A stretch of 63,395 bases of DNA from Pachysolen tannophilus NRRL Y-2460 (Eukaryota), in assembly GCA_001661245.1 (NCBI GenBank), contig KV454015.1:62001-125395 (forward strand), in the 5' to 3' direction. Position 1 is the stretch's first letter; every line of letters begins with the position of its first letter. The notes beneath the pieces were generated by a model. It had not been told where the DNA came from. It saw only the letters and a list, made by a program, of their open reading frames with translations, and ran no database searches. Below, piece after piece: positions 11,423 through 22,822 of the stretch. Both the position numbers and the translations under genes were made by a program.

Positions 11423-13906
11423 ATGGACACTGGTGATAATGCAATTTTACTATCGGATATCTTAAAGTCAAGTTATAGATTTTCATTTTTCCAAGAGTTG
11501 ATAAATTTGAAGCAATTGGAACAAACAACTTCGGAATATTTATTAAGTTATGATTTACTCAAGATTGAATCCACAATATTGGATATCATAAAATATTTTG
11601 AGTCGTTGATTGAGATTTTCCATGACATCGATGAGGCTACAATAGATGATAAAAATTCCATTGATTGGATCTATGAAGGGAGAGTTGAGATTATGGAAAT
11701 ACATCGGAATTTGGAAAGTATAGATGATATAATTTCTCAATTATTAGTTTTAATTGAAAATAAATTGGTTGAATTTAAAAGTGATGATGATGATGAGAAT
11801 GAGAATAATAATAATAAGAAATTAATGAAAATGTTGGATAATTTTGAAATAATAAGTGAACTTTCATTAAGAGTTAAAAAATATTCAATTTTTTATAAAA
11901 AAAGAATGGATATTTCAATTCAATTTAAAGAATTAGATTCTCAAGTAATAGATTCTATTGATCAAGAAATTGAAAATTGTTTGAAAAAAGCTTTTAGAAT
12001 TCATGAAATTAGGATGTCATCTCCTAGTCGTAAAATTGAAAATCTTGATTTAGAAAATTTAATTAAAAAATTACAATTGATAAAGAAAAAAACTTTTTTC
12101 AAAATACCAACTTTTAATGAAATTGATGAATCTTTATCCAATCAATTTTTAGAATTACAAGAAAAAGTTTCACCTATAAATGCTTCAATAACTTTCATCC
12201 CTGAAGCATTGGCTAATTTTAGCATAGCATCAAAAGATATTTATCCTGATTCTGATGAAATTTTATTGGAAAAATATAATTCATTAAAAGAAAAATTATT
12301 ATTTTTAAATCAAGATTTAAAAGATTTAAAAATGGAGTTAATAGATCAAAAATGGAATGAAATATTTAATTATTTAATAAAAGAAGTGATTTTCTTGATA
12401 AAGGATATTAAAGAAGGACTTGCAATTGAAGAAGACCAGAAAGTTTCCACTAATGATAATGATTCTAACTTTAAAATGGAAAATTCAAAAATTTGGAATT
12501 TCAAAATTAAAACAGTTCAAAAAACAATAGATACATTGAAAGAAGCTATTTTAAAAGAAAAGTTAACACAAGATTCCATTATAATTGAAAAATTTGATAA
12601 AGTTTCTAAAAAATGGAACAAGTTAATAACTAATATAAATATAAAAGATTTAGAACAACTGGATGATAATACTGAATTTGACTATATTACAAAATTAAAC
12701 ATTTTAAATAGTGTTAAAAAGGACAATGCTGATTTATATGAGATCATGCCAAATTTTTTTAATAAGGCTAACAAGCAACAGCAACAGCAACAACAAAAGG
12801 TTAATAATAACGTCACCCCTTCAAAAATACAAAGAAATAAAAATTTGAGAACAACAGGAACTGCATTTATAGGTGCATTGAACTTTCAACCAGTTTATAT
12901 TGAAAACACACCAGTTTCTTCAAGTACAAATGAAACTGGAAGTATTGATGCAGTAATACAGTTTAAAGATAAAAGTCTTACACAATCGTTAATAGATCAA
13001 AGCTTTGATGATTCAACTATTATTCATCATCAAGCAGATATTACCGATTTAGTTTCGCTGATTGAAAATATCAATTTGGATAATGAAGCTGAATCAATTC
13101 CGGTACAAGAATTGTCTTCACCAGTATCTATAAGACTGACTTCAAATTGTTTGCAAAATAATAACAACCTTGTGGCAATTAGTGAAAGAAGTAGAAATAA
13201 AAAATCAATGATACCAATAGCATTTCCAAAATTGATTAGAGAAAAATCATTACCTTTTAAAAAAATGGAGAAAAATTCCCTGATGTCGATTAAAAATGAA
13301 AGTTTTGAAGGAGTTTTCAAAGAACCTAAAAGAATTTCTTCTTTACCCACTTCTCAAGAAATACATAAAAGACCTAGTTTGATCCCGAAACCAACATCTT
13401 CAAGATCGAGTTCTAGACTTGGGTCATCGAGATGTTCTTTAAGATCATCAAATTCATCTTCATCACCGTTATCAATATCAGGAGCACAAACACCCAGAGC
13501 TTCTACTTCTTTATCCAATCGTTCATCCACAAATCAGGATTTCAATTTAAATAATAAAAAACGGACTTCAAGGTCTTCTTCTACGTTATCATCAAGATCA
13601 CATAATAGTATGAGGCAGAATCTTAATAACATTACAAACGTTACAAACAATAGCAGTAATAGCAGACCCTCATCTACAACAAAATATTCTGATACCACAT
13701 TGGCGATTTCATCATCAGCATTAAATAATAATGTTGCTTCCATAAAATATAAGACCAATAAAACTGGTTCAAGAGCATCATATTTACCGCAACCTACACC
13801 GGTTAGAGAAATCGTTAAAAGATCACAATCATCATTAGCCAAATTGGGTAATTATGAAACAAAAAATTCCAACTATTTTTTCAATAATGACGATGAATTT
13901 TTTTAA
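11423..13906 (+). CDS. KAR9: Karyogamy/spindle orientation protein Kar9
   Basis: First ATG at 11423. Helical N-terminal domain (PINASITFIP, KWNEIF) and a Ser-rich tail with SxIP motifs (SMIP, SLIP) plus an LxxPTPh motif (LPQPTPV) typical of Bim1/EB1 binding. Confidence 0.8.
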   Translation: MDTGDNAILLSDILKSSYRFSFFQELINLKQLEQTTSEYLLSYDLLKIESTILDIIKYFESLIEIFHDIDEATIDDKNSIDWIYEGRVEIMEIHRNLESIDDIISQLLVLIENKLVEFKSDDDDENENNNNKKLMKMLDNFEIISELSLRVKKYSIFYKKRMDISIQFKELDSQVIDSIDQEIENCLKKAFRIHEIRMSSPSRKIENLDLENLIKKLQLIKKKTFFKIPTFNEIDESLSNQFLELQEKVSPINASITFIPEALANFSIASKDIYPDSDEILLEKYNSLKEKLLFLNQDLKDLKMELIDQKWNEIFNYLIKEVIFLIKDIKEGLAIEEDQKVSTNDNDSNFKMENSKIWNFKIKTVQKTIDTLKEAILKEKLTQDSIIIEKFDKVSKKWNKLITNINIKDLEQLDDNTEFDYITKLNILNSVKKDNADLYEIMPNFFNKANKQQQQQQQKVNNNVTPSKIQRNKNLRTTGTAFIGALNFQPVYIENTPVSSSTNETGSIDAVIQFKDKSLTQSLIDQSFDDSTIIHHQADITDLVSLIENINLDNEAESIPVQELSSPVSIRLTSNCLQNNNNLVAISERSRNKKSMIPIAFPKLIREKSLPFKKMEKNSLMSIKNESFEGVFKEPKRISSLPTSQEIHKRPSLIPKPTSSRSSSRLGSSRCSLRSSNSSSSPLSISGAQTPRASTSLSNRSSTNQDFNLNNKKRTSRSSSTLSSRSHNSMRQNLNNITNVTNNSSNSRPSSTTKYSDTTLAISSSALNNNVASIKYKTNKTGSRASYLPQPTPVREIVKRSQSSLAKLGNYETKNSNYFFNNDDEFF

Positions 13907-14215
13907 CTAGACTTTATTTCTTCAGAAATAGTACATGCAAATGTATCTGTAGGTACCAATATCTAAAGCTAATTGTAAAAATTTAGCAGTTCTCTTTTTA
14001 TAACCTACTAAATCGTTAGTTCTGTAGTGTTAGTACCGTACTGTTAGTACTGTACACCAGCTACTCCCCGCTTGTTTTCTCCTTTCTCCGCCAAATTCCC
14101 TAGAAGTAAATTGTAAGCGTTGCAGCCGACGCCCTTTGTTTTTTGAAAATATAAGTGCAGCGGAAAACCCCGTTCAGCGTAGTGAAAATGGGATTTTTCA
14201 AGGAAAAAATATATT

Positions 14216-14222
14216 TTAGTAA
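14216..14222 (-). promoter_or_regulatory. Yap1-type site (TTACTAA) upstream of catalase
   Basis: TTAGTAA on the + strand about 350 bp upstream of the catalase ATG. Confidence 0.45.
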
Positions 14223-14567
14223 TCACCAACAAAAAAATTTATATGGTTTCTGCAGCAGTTCAGCGGAAAAATTAAGTGAGGATTTAGCGAAGATTCAGTG
14301 AGGACATAATCTAGTAGAAACGGGATATTCATACGTTGCTCTTTTATTTTCCTCTCTGGGGAAGAAGGTATCATTCAACTTTCCAGAGAGAGATATGAGT
14401 ACGTTGAGTTCGCTGCACTTGTTGGCCTACAAAATGTATAAAATGTATAAAATGCCTGTAGAAGTTTTCTTTTATTTTTTTTTTTTTCTGATTTCATAAA
14501 ACTTTTATTTTCAATAGTTTAAAGTCAAGTGTTTTATCACTTATTTTGCCTTTATTTTTTTTGAAAA

Positions 14568-16112
14568 ATGGCTGATAAAAAGATTCCTCCGGTTATGACC
14601 ACCAGCCAAGGCTGCCCTGTATCAGACCCTTTTAAGACTCAGAGAGTTGCAATTGATACTTCTGACTATAAGCATCTGCAACCACCACAAGGGCCATTAC
14701 TCCTCCAAGATTTTCAATTGATAGATGCATTGGCTCATTTTGATAGAGAGAGAATTCCTGAGCGTGTTGTTCACGCTAAAGGTGCGGGAGCATTTGGTGT
14801 TTTTGAAGCTACAGATGATATTTCCGATATTTGTAAATCTAGTTTTTTACAAAAGGGTAAAAGGACTAGAACTTTGACCAGGTTTTCTACAGTTGGTGGT
14901 GAAAAGGGATCTGCTGATACTGCAAGGGATCCAAGAGGTTTTGCTACAAAATTTTATACCGAAGAAGGTAATTTAGATTTTGTATACAATAATACTCCAG
15001 TTTTTTTCATTCGTGACCCTATTAAATTCCCACATTTTATTCATACACAAAAGAAAACCCCGCAAAAAAACACCATGGATGGTAATAATGCCTTTTGGGA
15101 TTATTTGACTACAAATCCAGAATCAATTCATCAAGTTATGGTATTATTTTCTGATAGAGGAACGCCTGCGTCTTATCGAAAGATGAACGGTTATTCGGGC
15201 CACACTTATAAATGGTATAATGCCAAAGGTGAATGGCACTATGTTCAAGTCCACATGATGTCAGACCAAGGTGTTGAGTCCTTAACAGTAGAGCAAGCTG
15301 CTAAACATGCTGGTGAAGACCCTGATTTTATCACTCTGGACTTATTTGATAACATTGAAAAGGGAAACAACCCTTCTTGGACAATGTATATCCAAACAAT
15401 GACTTTAGAAGAGTCTAAAAAATTGCCCTTTTCAGTATTTGATTTAACTAAAGTTTGGCCACATTCTCAATTCCCATTAAGAAGATTTGGTAAATTAACT
15501 CTTAATGAAAATCCTAAAAATTATTTTGCAGAAATTGAACAAGCTGCTTTTTCACCATCTCATACTGTTCCTGGTATGGAGGCATCTTTTGATCCTGTTT
15601 TACAATCTAGGTTGTTTTCATATCCTGATACTCATAGACATAGATTGGGCACAAATTATAATCAAATCCCAGTGAATTGTCCTTTAAAATCAGGTGTTTT
15701 TAACCCAATAATCAGAGATGGCGCAATGACGGTAAATGGTAACATGGGTTCACATCCAAATTACTTGGCAACTCAGTGCCCAGTTACATTTGCTAAGGCA
15801 TTAATTCCTGCAAAGGAAGCTTCCACAGCTACAATAGGTGGTTTAGGTGAGGAAAAACATACAGGTGAAGTTGTACCATTCCATTGGACAGTCACGGATT
15901 ATGATTTCGTTCAACCAAGAGCTTTATGGAAAGTCTTGGGAAGGCAATCGGGACAACAACGTAATTTCATTCATAACGTTGCAGTTCATATTGCAAATTC
16001 TAGACCTGACATCCAAGAAAGAGTTTATGACTATTTTAGTAAAGTTTCTAAGGAAATTGGTGAAGGTATTAGAAGAGAAGTTCAAGGTATATCCAGTAGA
16101 GCAAAATTATAA
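14568..16112 (+). CDS. CTA1: Peroxisomal catalase
   Basis: FDRERIPERVVHAKG active site, RLFSYPDTH heme-ligand motif and C-terminal PTS1 -AKL. Confidence 0.96.
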   Translation: MADKKIPPVMTTSQGCPVSDPFKTQRVAIDTSDYKHLQPPQGPLLLQDFQLIDALAHFDRERIPERVVHAKGAGAFGVFEATDDISDICKSSFLQKGKRTRTLTRFSTVGGEKGSADTARDPRGFATKFYTEEGNLDFVYNNTPVFFIRDPIKFPHFIHTQKKTPQKNTMDGNNAFWDYLTTNPESIHQVMVLFSDRGTPASYRKMNGYSGHTYKWYNAKGEWHYVQVHMMSDQGVESLTVEQAAKHAGEDPDFITLDLFDNIEKGNNPSWTMYIQTMTLEESKKLPFSVFDLTKVWPHSQFPLRRFGKLTLNENPKNYFAEIEQAAFSPSHTVPGMEASFDPVLQSRLFSYPDTHRHRLGTNYNQIPVNCPLKSGVFNPIIRDGAMTVNGNMGSHPNYLATQCPVTFAKALIPAKEASTATIGGLGEEKHTGEVVPFHWTVTDYDFVQPRALWKVLGRQSGQQRNFIHNVAVHIANSRPDIQERVYDYFSKVSKEIGEGIRREVQGISSRAKL

Positions 16113-16409
16113 ACTTGTATATGATACGAAATCCACCTGTAATAAAATGTTTCCTTTTTAGGAATATCTGTAATCCGAGGATTGTCATTCCCAAAGAGGA
16201 AGCTGCATGCAGCTCACCTATTTCTCTTATCGAACGAGCATTGATAAGAATTTTACATACGCATATATATATATATATATATGTCGTATTGGCCGGTTAG
16301 TTTTTTTCGTTTTTTTTTTCCTTAGCTTTTTGGATGAATCAACAACAACACAATACTATTTATTATATATTCAACAAAGTTTAAGTTTAATCAATTAGTA
16401 CATTTGAAA

Positions 16410-16576
16410 ATGGATTCCCCTCAAACATCCAAACCAAATTCATGCTGTGGAGGTTTGTGCAAGTGCGGATCAGCTTGCCAATGCCCATCCTGCAATACTA
16501 CCAAGTAAGTTATTTTTTTGTAATAATGATAGTTGTAATTTATTGTAATTTACTAATAAATGTTTTTAGGTTATAA
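16410..16576 (+). CDS. Small metallothionein-like peptide: 32 aa unspliced (16410-16508) or 33 aa spliced (16410-16504 + 16570-16576)
   Basis: AAAATG context. Reads MDSPQTSKPNSCCGGLCKCGSACQCPSCNTTK, with 7 Cys in CC, CxC, CxC and CxxC arrangement. Intron signals: GTAAGT (16505), TACTAAT (16551), TAG (16569). Confidence 0.8.
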
Positions 16577-16737
16577 TTATGATTATGATTGTGAAAAGTT
16601 TTGGTGAAAAATGAAAAATAAGGTGTAAGATTTTTTTTTTTTTTCTTGTTTGATCTGTTGTGTATGCTTCGGTAAAAATTGATAATAGTGTGAAAATTAA
16701 ATCTGTAGTGATTATTAAAATCTATACATTTATATTC

Positions 16738-18475
16738 TTAGCTATTTTCTTTTGTATTTTGAACTAATTTGATCATGTTAACTAAAAACAAATTAATTGA
16801 AATTTTTCCACTATTGATGCAATTGTTACAATTGATCAAAGTCAACAAACTTAATTTTTTAACAAATCTACCACTAAATTTTTTTCAAAACATATTTTGG
16901 AAATTTTGTAAAGAACGCAACTTGGAGAATTGACGTACAAAGATGAATTCAAATATAAATTTGACCAATAATAATCTTGAATCATTTGTCCGTTTTTATT
17001 TTGTAATAAATTTTTTTAATCAATTCATTAATTGAGTTTTGTAAAATAAAATAAATTGCTTCAGCTGAAGGTTCATTAAAATGGAAAATAGAATCTGATC
17101 TGTCCAAGATTGCTGGATCAATAGTATCAATTAAATTTGAAGTAGTTAAAATTAAAATATTATCATATTTTTTCAATCTATCTAAATGAGTTAATAGTGT
17201 ATTAACTACTCTTACACCATCACTGGCTTCATTTTTGGAAATCAAATCTTTACGTGAACCAGCTATAGTTTCAATTTCATCAATCAATAATACAATAAAA
17301 ATTTGTTTATTATTTTGCAACATTTTTTCAAAATCGTTGAAAAGATTTGAAACTTTTTTAGCACTTTCTCCATACCATCTTGAAAATAATTTTGAACAAT
17401 TTAATTCAATTAATAAACCACCTTGAGAATAAAGAGTTTTTATATTTCCTTTTTCATAATGATTTAAAGATGTTAATCTTGTAGATAATTTTTGAGCAAT
17501 TGCCTTACATACACTTGTTTTACCACTTCCAGGTGGACCGCTTAAAATTATTAATTTTGAACTTTCAATTATTTTCGAATTTAATTTCAAAGAAGAAAGA
17601 TAAAACCCAATTTTACAATGATTTAACAAATTTTTCTTTAAATAAGTTTCAAAAAAAAGATGATCCCATAAACCATCAATCTTTGAGCTTGGTAATGCTG
17701 TAATAATTACTGAATCTAAAGTTTCTTTACTTATCAACGATAAAGGTTCTATGAATTGCTTTTGTGTTAAACCTTTATCGTTTAAACATAGATCTTCTTC
17801 ATCATCGTCATCATCATCATAATCATCATCACAATCACTTTCTCCAATATTATTATTTTTATTATTTTTGATACTCCCACTATTCTTCTCATTCATTCTC
17901 ATTTCTGCAATTTCATCAAAACATTGATAGGGGTAAAACTTTAAAGTTGCCTCTGATAAATTTATAAATTCTGGACTACAATCATTATCATTTTTTGTTA
18001 ACGAATGGCGCTTACCACTACTCCCATTTTCAATTAAAGACAACTGTTCCAATAGATCATTTAAATCATCTTCATCCTCGTCTTCTTCATCATCTTCAAA
18101 TAAACCTTGCGCTTTTGATCTAAAAATTTCTGCTTCATTAATGAAAATGGTCTTAACACACCGCGAAACTAACAGTTGAGCCTTTGAGAGCGTTAAAGTT
18201 TCATTAATTAAAGGTTCCCAAAGAGAAACCGGAGTCTCTTTTTTTTCACCAATTCTATTACCAGCAGGTAATTCAATTATCGTATTAGTCCTCAAAGAAT
18301 GATGTTGATCTCTAATAAACAAAGAAACTGCATCTAATAAGATTTGAAAACAAACTTCTTTATTCAAATAGCGGTTAAAACACCAAGGGTGTAACGATAC
18401 CTCAACATTCAATACATATTTAAGACCGTAGCCGCCATTAACTGTCATCTTTTCAAACTCTGTACCACTTTCCAT
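16738..18475 (-). CDS. PCH2: Pachytene checkpoint AAA+ ATPase Pch2/TRIP13, with two apparent -1 frameshifts near the 3' end
   Basis: GPPGSGKTS Walker A, LIDEIETIA Walker B, LFSRWYGES and RVVNTLLT. The C-terminal SGRxxKKL motif is recovered only after adding one A at each A7 run (17011-17017 and 16879-16885); the stop is then at 16738-16740. Confidence 0.9.
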
Positions 18476-18808
18476 ACCTTGATAATTATTAAAAATTTAT
18501 CTTAATAACACCATTTCCCCTTCCCTCATTTTAGGGGTAATAAAGATGATGAGTTTTTTTTTCCTTTTAATATTTTGGTAGTGTTTAAATAACACAAAAA
18601 ATATCTCAATTACAATTACAACTGGTAAAGATAAATATATATATAAATATATATATATATATTATTGTATCCAACAAGTCAATTGGGAACTAATTATTTA
18701 ATTTATTTAATTTATTTATTTTATTTATTTTAGAGAGGGATCCATCATCAATTGAAGGGATTTGAGCTTTTAATTTTTTTTTCTCTTTTTTTTTTTCTGC
18801 AGTTTTAT

Positions 18809-20320
18809 ATGTTTAAGATTTGTGGTTCTCGATTAGTAGCGCTTAATGAAAAGCGGTTGCTATTTTCAGCGGCTAATGTTAATATCCGTTGTTTGGCAAC
18901 TACATCAACGGATCCATCTGCTTCAAAAGAACCTCCTAGACATTTTGGTGATTTGAAAGATCAAGATCGGATTTTCCATAATTTGTATGAAAATTATGGT
19001 CATGATTTGAAATCTGCAATGAAGTATGGTGATTGGTATAAGACAAAGGAAATTTTGTTAAAAGGTGATAAATGGATTATTGATAACGCCAAGGCTTCAG
19101 GTTTAAGAGGTAGAGGAGGTGCTGGGTTTCCAAGTGGGTTGAAATGGTCTTTTATGAATCCTCCAGGTTGGGAAAAGAATCCTGGTCCAAGGTATTTGGT
19201 TGTTAACGCTGATGAAGGTGAACCTGGTACTTGTAAAGATCGTGAAATTATTAGAAAAACTCCACACAAATTGGTTGAAGGTTGTCTTGTTGTAGGAAGA
19301 GCAATGAATGCAACAGCAGCATATATTTATATCAGAGGTGAGTTTTATAATGAGAGTGTAATTTTGGAGAATGCTATTCATGAAGCATATAAGGCAGGAT
19401 TTTTGGGTAAAAATGCTTGTGGTTCAGGATATGATTTTGATGTTTATGTTCATAGAGGTCAAGGTGCTTATATTTGTGGTGAGGAAACTGCATTGATTGA
19501 ATCATTAGAAGGTAAAGCTGGTAAACCTAGATTGAAACCTCCTTTCCCTGCTGCTGTGGGACTTTTTGGTAGACCTTCCACTGTTACTAATGTTGAAACT
19601 GTAAGTGTTGCACCAACAATTATGAGACGTGGTCCAGAATGGTTTTCTTCCTTTGGTAGACCAAGAAATAGTGGAACAAAATTATTTTGTGTTTCTGGTC
19701 ATGTTAATAATCCATGTACCGTTGAAGAAGAAATGTCAATCCCATTACGTGAATTAATTGAAAAACATTGTGGTGGAGTTAAAGGTGGTTGGGATAATTT
19801 GTTAGCAATTATTCCTGGAGGTTCTTCAGTCCCAATATTACCAAAGAAAATTTGTGATGATGTAATTATGGATTATGATGCTTTAAGAGATGTTGGTTCT
19901 GGTCTTGGTACCGCAGCAGTTATTGTTATGAATAAACAAGCAGATGTAATTAGGTGTATTCAAAGACTTTCATCTTTCTATAAACATGAGTCATGTGGTC
20001 AATGTACTCCATGTCGTGAGGGTACAACTTACTTACAACGTATGATGGACAGATTTGTAACTGGTCAAGGTAAGGAAAAAGAAATTGATATGATTTGGGA
20101 ATTGACAAAGGAAATTGAAGGACATACTATTTGTGCCTTGGGTGATGCAGCTGCATGGCCTGTACAAGGTTTAATTAGACAGTTTAGACCTTTAATGGTT
20201 GAACGTATGCAAAAATATCAAGATGAATTGGGTAAAAAAGTTTCCTACGGAGGATGGGTCGAGAATTCTAGGGTTCTTGATGGTAAAGTAGTTGGAGCAC
20301 CAAAACCTCATATTCATTGA
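18809..20320 (+). CDS. NADH:ubiquinone oxidoreductase (complex I) 51 kDa FMN subunit, NDUFV1 orthologue
   Basis: ATG at 18809. [31 protein letters not shown] and the [12 protein letters not shown]e-S motif. Confidence 0.97.
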   Translation: MFKICGSRLVALNEKRLLFSAANVNIRCLATTSTDPSASKEPPRHFGDLKDQDRIFHNLYENYGHDLKSAMKYGDWYKTKEILLKGDKWIIDNAKASGLRGRGGAGFPSGLKWSFMNPPGWEKNPGPRYLVVNADEGEPGTCKDREIIRKTPHKLVEGCLVVGRAMNATAAYIYIRGEFYNESVILENAIHEAYKAGFLGKNACGSGYDFDVYVHRGQGAYICGEETALIESLEGKAGKPRLKPPFPAAVGLFGRPSTVTNVETVSVAPTIMRRGPEWFSSFGRPRNSGTKLFCVSGHVNNPCTVEEEMSIPLRELIEKHCGGVKGGWDNLLAIIPGGSSVPILPKKICDDVIMDYDALRDVGSGLGTAAVIVMNKQADVIRCIQRLSSFYKHESCGQCTPCREGTTYLQRMMDRFVTGQGKEKEIDMIWELTKEIEGHTICALGDAAAWPVQGLIRQFRPLMVERMQKYQDELGKKVSYGGWVENSRVLDGKVVGAPKPHIH

Positions 20321-20334
20321 ATGTGTACGAACCT

Positions 20335-20374
<40 letters not shown>

Positions 20375-20458
20375 TTCATTTATTTATTAATTTTATTTAT
20401 TTAGATTGAAACTACATTCACGTTTTATGAAACGAAAAAAAAAAAAATTTTTTTTGAT

Positions 20459-20579
20459 AGATTGCAGCACCTGAGTTTCGCGTATGGTCTCCCACTACAC
20501 TACTCGGTCAGGCTCTTAGCAGCTTAACTACAGTTGATCGGACGGGAAACGGTGCTTTCTGCTAGATATGGCCGCAACC
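20459..20579 (-). rRNA. 5S rRNA, dispersed copy
   Basis: Reverse complement is GGTTGCGGCCATATCTAGCAGAAAGCACCGTTTCCCGTCCGATCAACTGTAGTTAAGCTGCTAAGAGCCTGACCGAGTAGTGTAGTGGGAGACCATACGCGAAACTCAGGTGCTGCAATCT (121 nt), near-identical to yeast 5S. Confidence 0.98.
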
Positions 20580-21081
20580 GAAATACTAACACCAATTTTT
20601 TCCTCTTGAAATAAATTTGATCACAAATGCTTATCATCCTATTCTATATTGTAATATACTTTACTCATTCTATCTTGTGAGCAAAAGACTGAAAATTTCA
20701 ACCGTACACTCCTGTGGATTATAGTTTATCCGTAGAGCGCATGAAACTTAAACCTACTCTAATCTAATAATTGCAACTAAAATTTTTACAATTACAACAA
20801 AATATATTTACCTATAGTCGATATTTCTATTAAGATAAAATTATCTTTTCATTACACAGACTTTTATTCGTTGTCAAGTTCTTTGCTTATCGAAGAATTT
20901 TACTTTTTTAAATTTCGTTTTTTGGTTTTTTTTTCGGTAACAAAAATTTTTTTTGTTTTTTTTTTCTTTCTTTTTAATTTTTCTTGCTTTAAAGCTAAAC
21001 TTGGCAGTTATTATTTTTTGAATAATATTTATTTTTTACTGGACATAAATATCTTATAATATCTTGAAAAATTATTCAAGA

Positions 21082-22137
21082 ATGAGACTTCCAAATTTGT
21101 CATTTTTTGTGCTACTTGCTGTTAGTGTTTTATTTTTATTGAATGAATGTAATGCTAAAAATACAGGAGATGCTTTATTAATCAATAGTGGATCACATAT
21201 CAAGAAACAGGTTGATGTTAACGATGCTTATGAAACTACATCAAATTCCAAGAATCCAGATATTTCTGCACTGATAATAACCAAGGCAGATGGAACTGAA
21301 GGGGCGGGTGAAAGTGATAGTACCGGTGGTAGTACTGGTGGTAGCACAGGTAGTAGTGAAGGTGATAATAAGGATGGTGATGATGGGCTACCTGCAACTA
21401 CAAATCCATTTATAATGTCGGTTTCTATGATTATTGTGTCTGAAATTGGTGACAAGACTTTCCTTATTGCAGCTTTGATGGCCATGAAGGCACCACGGTT
21501 AGCGGTATTTACTGCTGCGTTTGCGTCATTGGCAATAATGACTGTATTATCTGGTATTGTTGGTCATACTTTACCAACTTTAATTCCACAAAAATTTACC
21601 CAATTGCTGGCTGCTGGGTTATTTGTAGTATTTGGTATAAAATTGTTTAGAGAAGGGTTATCGATGTCAAAAGATGTTGGAGTTGATGAAGAAATGGCTG
21701 AAGTGGAAGAAGAAATTGCAATGAATGATATTAATACAAGATTAGATATGCAAGAATCTCTGCAACATGATGGAGATAATGTTTCAAGTCAAGATTCAAA
21801 ACCAGAATTACCAGTATATGTGAAATTTGGTAAAGAAGTAAAGAATCTTTTTGCCTTTATGCTTTCACCTTTATGGGTACAAGTATTTGTTATGACATTT
21901 TTAGGTGAATGGGGTGATAGATCTCAAATTGCTACTATTGCCATGGCTGCTGGTAGCAACTACTGGTTAGTTATAATGGGTGCAATTGTTGGACATGGAC
22001 TTTGTACCGGTGGTGCTGTATTGGGAGGGAAATTGTTGGCCACTAGAATTAGTATGAGAAATGTCACTCTTGGTGGAGCCATTGCATTTTTCGTCTTTGC
22101 AGGTCTTTATTTTTATGATTCTACAAAATCTTCATAA
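21082..22137 (+). CDS. GDT1: Golgi Ca2+/Mn2+ transporter, UPF0016/TMEM165 family
   Basis: ATG at 21082, signal peptide and two E-x-G-D-(K/R)-(T/S) motifs (EIGDKT, EWGDRS). Confidence 0.95.
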   Translation: MRLPNLSFFVLLAVSVLFLLNECNAKNTGDALLINSGSHIKKQVDVNDAYETTSNSKNPDISALIITKADGTEGAGESDSTGGSTGGSTGSSEGDNKDGDDGLPATTNPFIMSVSMIIVSEIGDKTFLIAALMAMKAPRLAVFTAAFASLAIMTVLSGIVGHTLPTLIPQKFTQLLAAGLFVVFGIKLFREGLSMSKDVGVDEEMAEVEEEIAMNDINTRLDMQESLQHDGDNVSSQDSKPELPVYVKFGKEVKNLFAFMLSPLWVQVFVMTFLGEWGDRSQIATIAMAAGSNYWLVIMGAIVGHGLCTGGAVLGGKLLATRISMRNVTLGGAIAFFVFAGLYFYDSTKSS

Positions 22138-22207
22138 TAAACGAGAAAATATATAAATTTATATATATATACATCCAATAAATATTTACTTTTATTTACT
22201 AAATTTT

Positions 22208-22822
22208 TTAATTTTTTAAATTTTTTTCTATTTGTTGTTTTTCAATTTTAATTGCTCTTTCCTTAACCATTTTATTAATATTTTTTTGTGTTAATTTATC
22301 TAATTTTATCGCTTGAGGCATTAATTTTTCTTTTAAATCCCAATCATTTTTTTGAGGTTTTAAATCTTTAATTTTTAAATTATCATCATTATCATCATTT
22401 TCATTATTTTCATTATTTTCATTATCTAATACTGCAAAACTTTGACGAGATTTTTTTTCAAATTTTGAAAGAATCTCATCTTGCATAGCTTCAGCTAATA
22501 CTTCCACTGTTTCCCCATTCTTCCCAATTATAAAATTTTCCTTATCAATTCTTTCATCAATATCATTATTATCTCTATTTTCAATAAATTGTAAAGTATT
22601 TATTGGTTCATTTGTATTATAGTTAAAATTCCTAGATAAAATCTTAGATTTTTTCGTAAAGGGTACTACTACATCATCATCATCATCATCATGTGTATAA
22701 TTTTTTAATGTATCATTTACTTCAACTGTAATTTCCAGATCCAGATCCAGATTCTTTACTCTTTTCAGTTTCAAATCGGCTAATCTACGTTTCCGGTCTT
22801 CCGCCTGAGCTTCAAGTGACAT
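22208..22822 (-). CDS. Cwf18/CCDC12-family splicing factor, syntenic with NTC20
   Basis: MSLEAQAEDRKRRLA.LK, SRNFN and L.PQK.DWDLK..L....KLDK.T motifs. Lies between GDT1 and RPS9. Confidence 0.75.
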   Translation of the reverse strand: MSLEAQAEDRKRRLADLKLKRVKNLDLDLEITVEVNDTLKNYTHDDDDDDVVVPFTKKSKILSRNFNYNTNEPINTLQFIENRDNNDIDERIDKENFIIGKNGETVEVLAEAMQDEILSKFEKKSRQSFAVLDNENNENNENDDNDDNLKIKDLKPQKNDWDLKEKLMPQAIKLDKLTQKNINKMVKERAIKIEKQQIEKNLKN

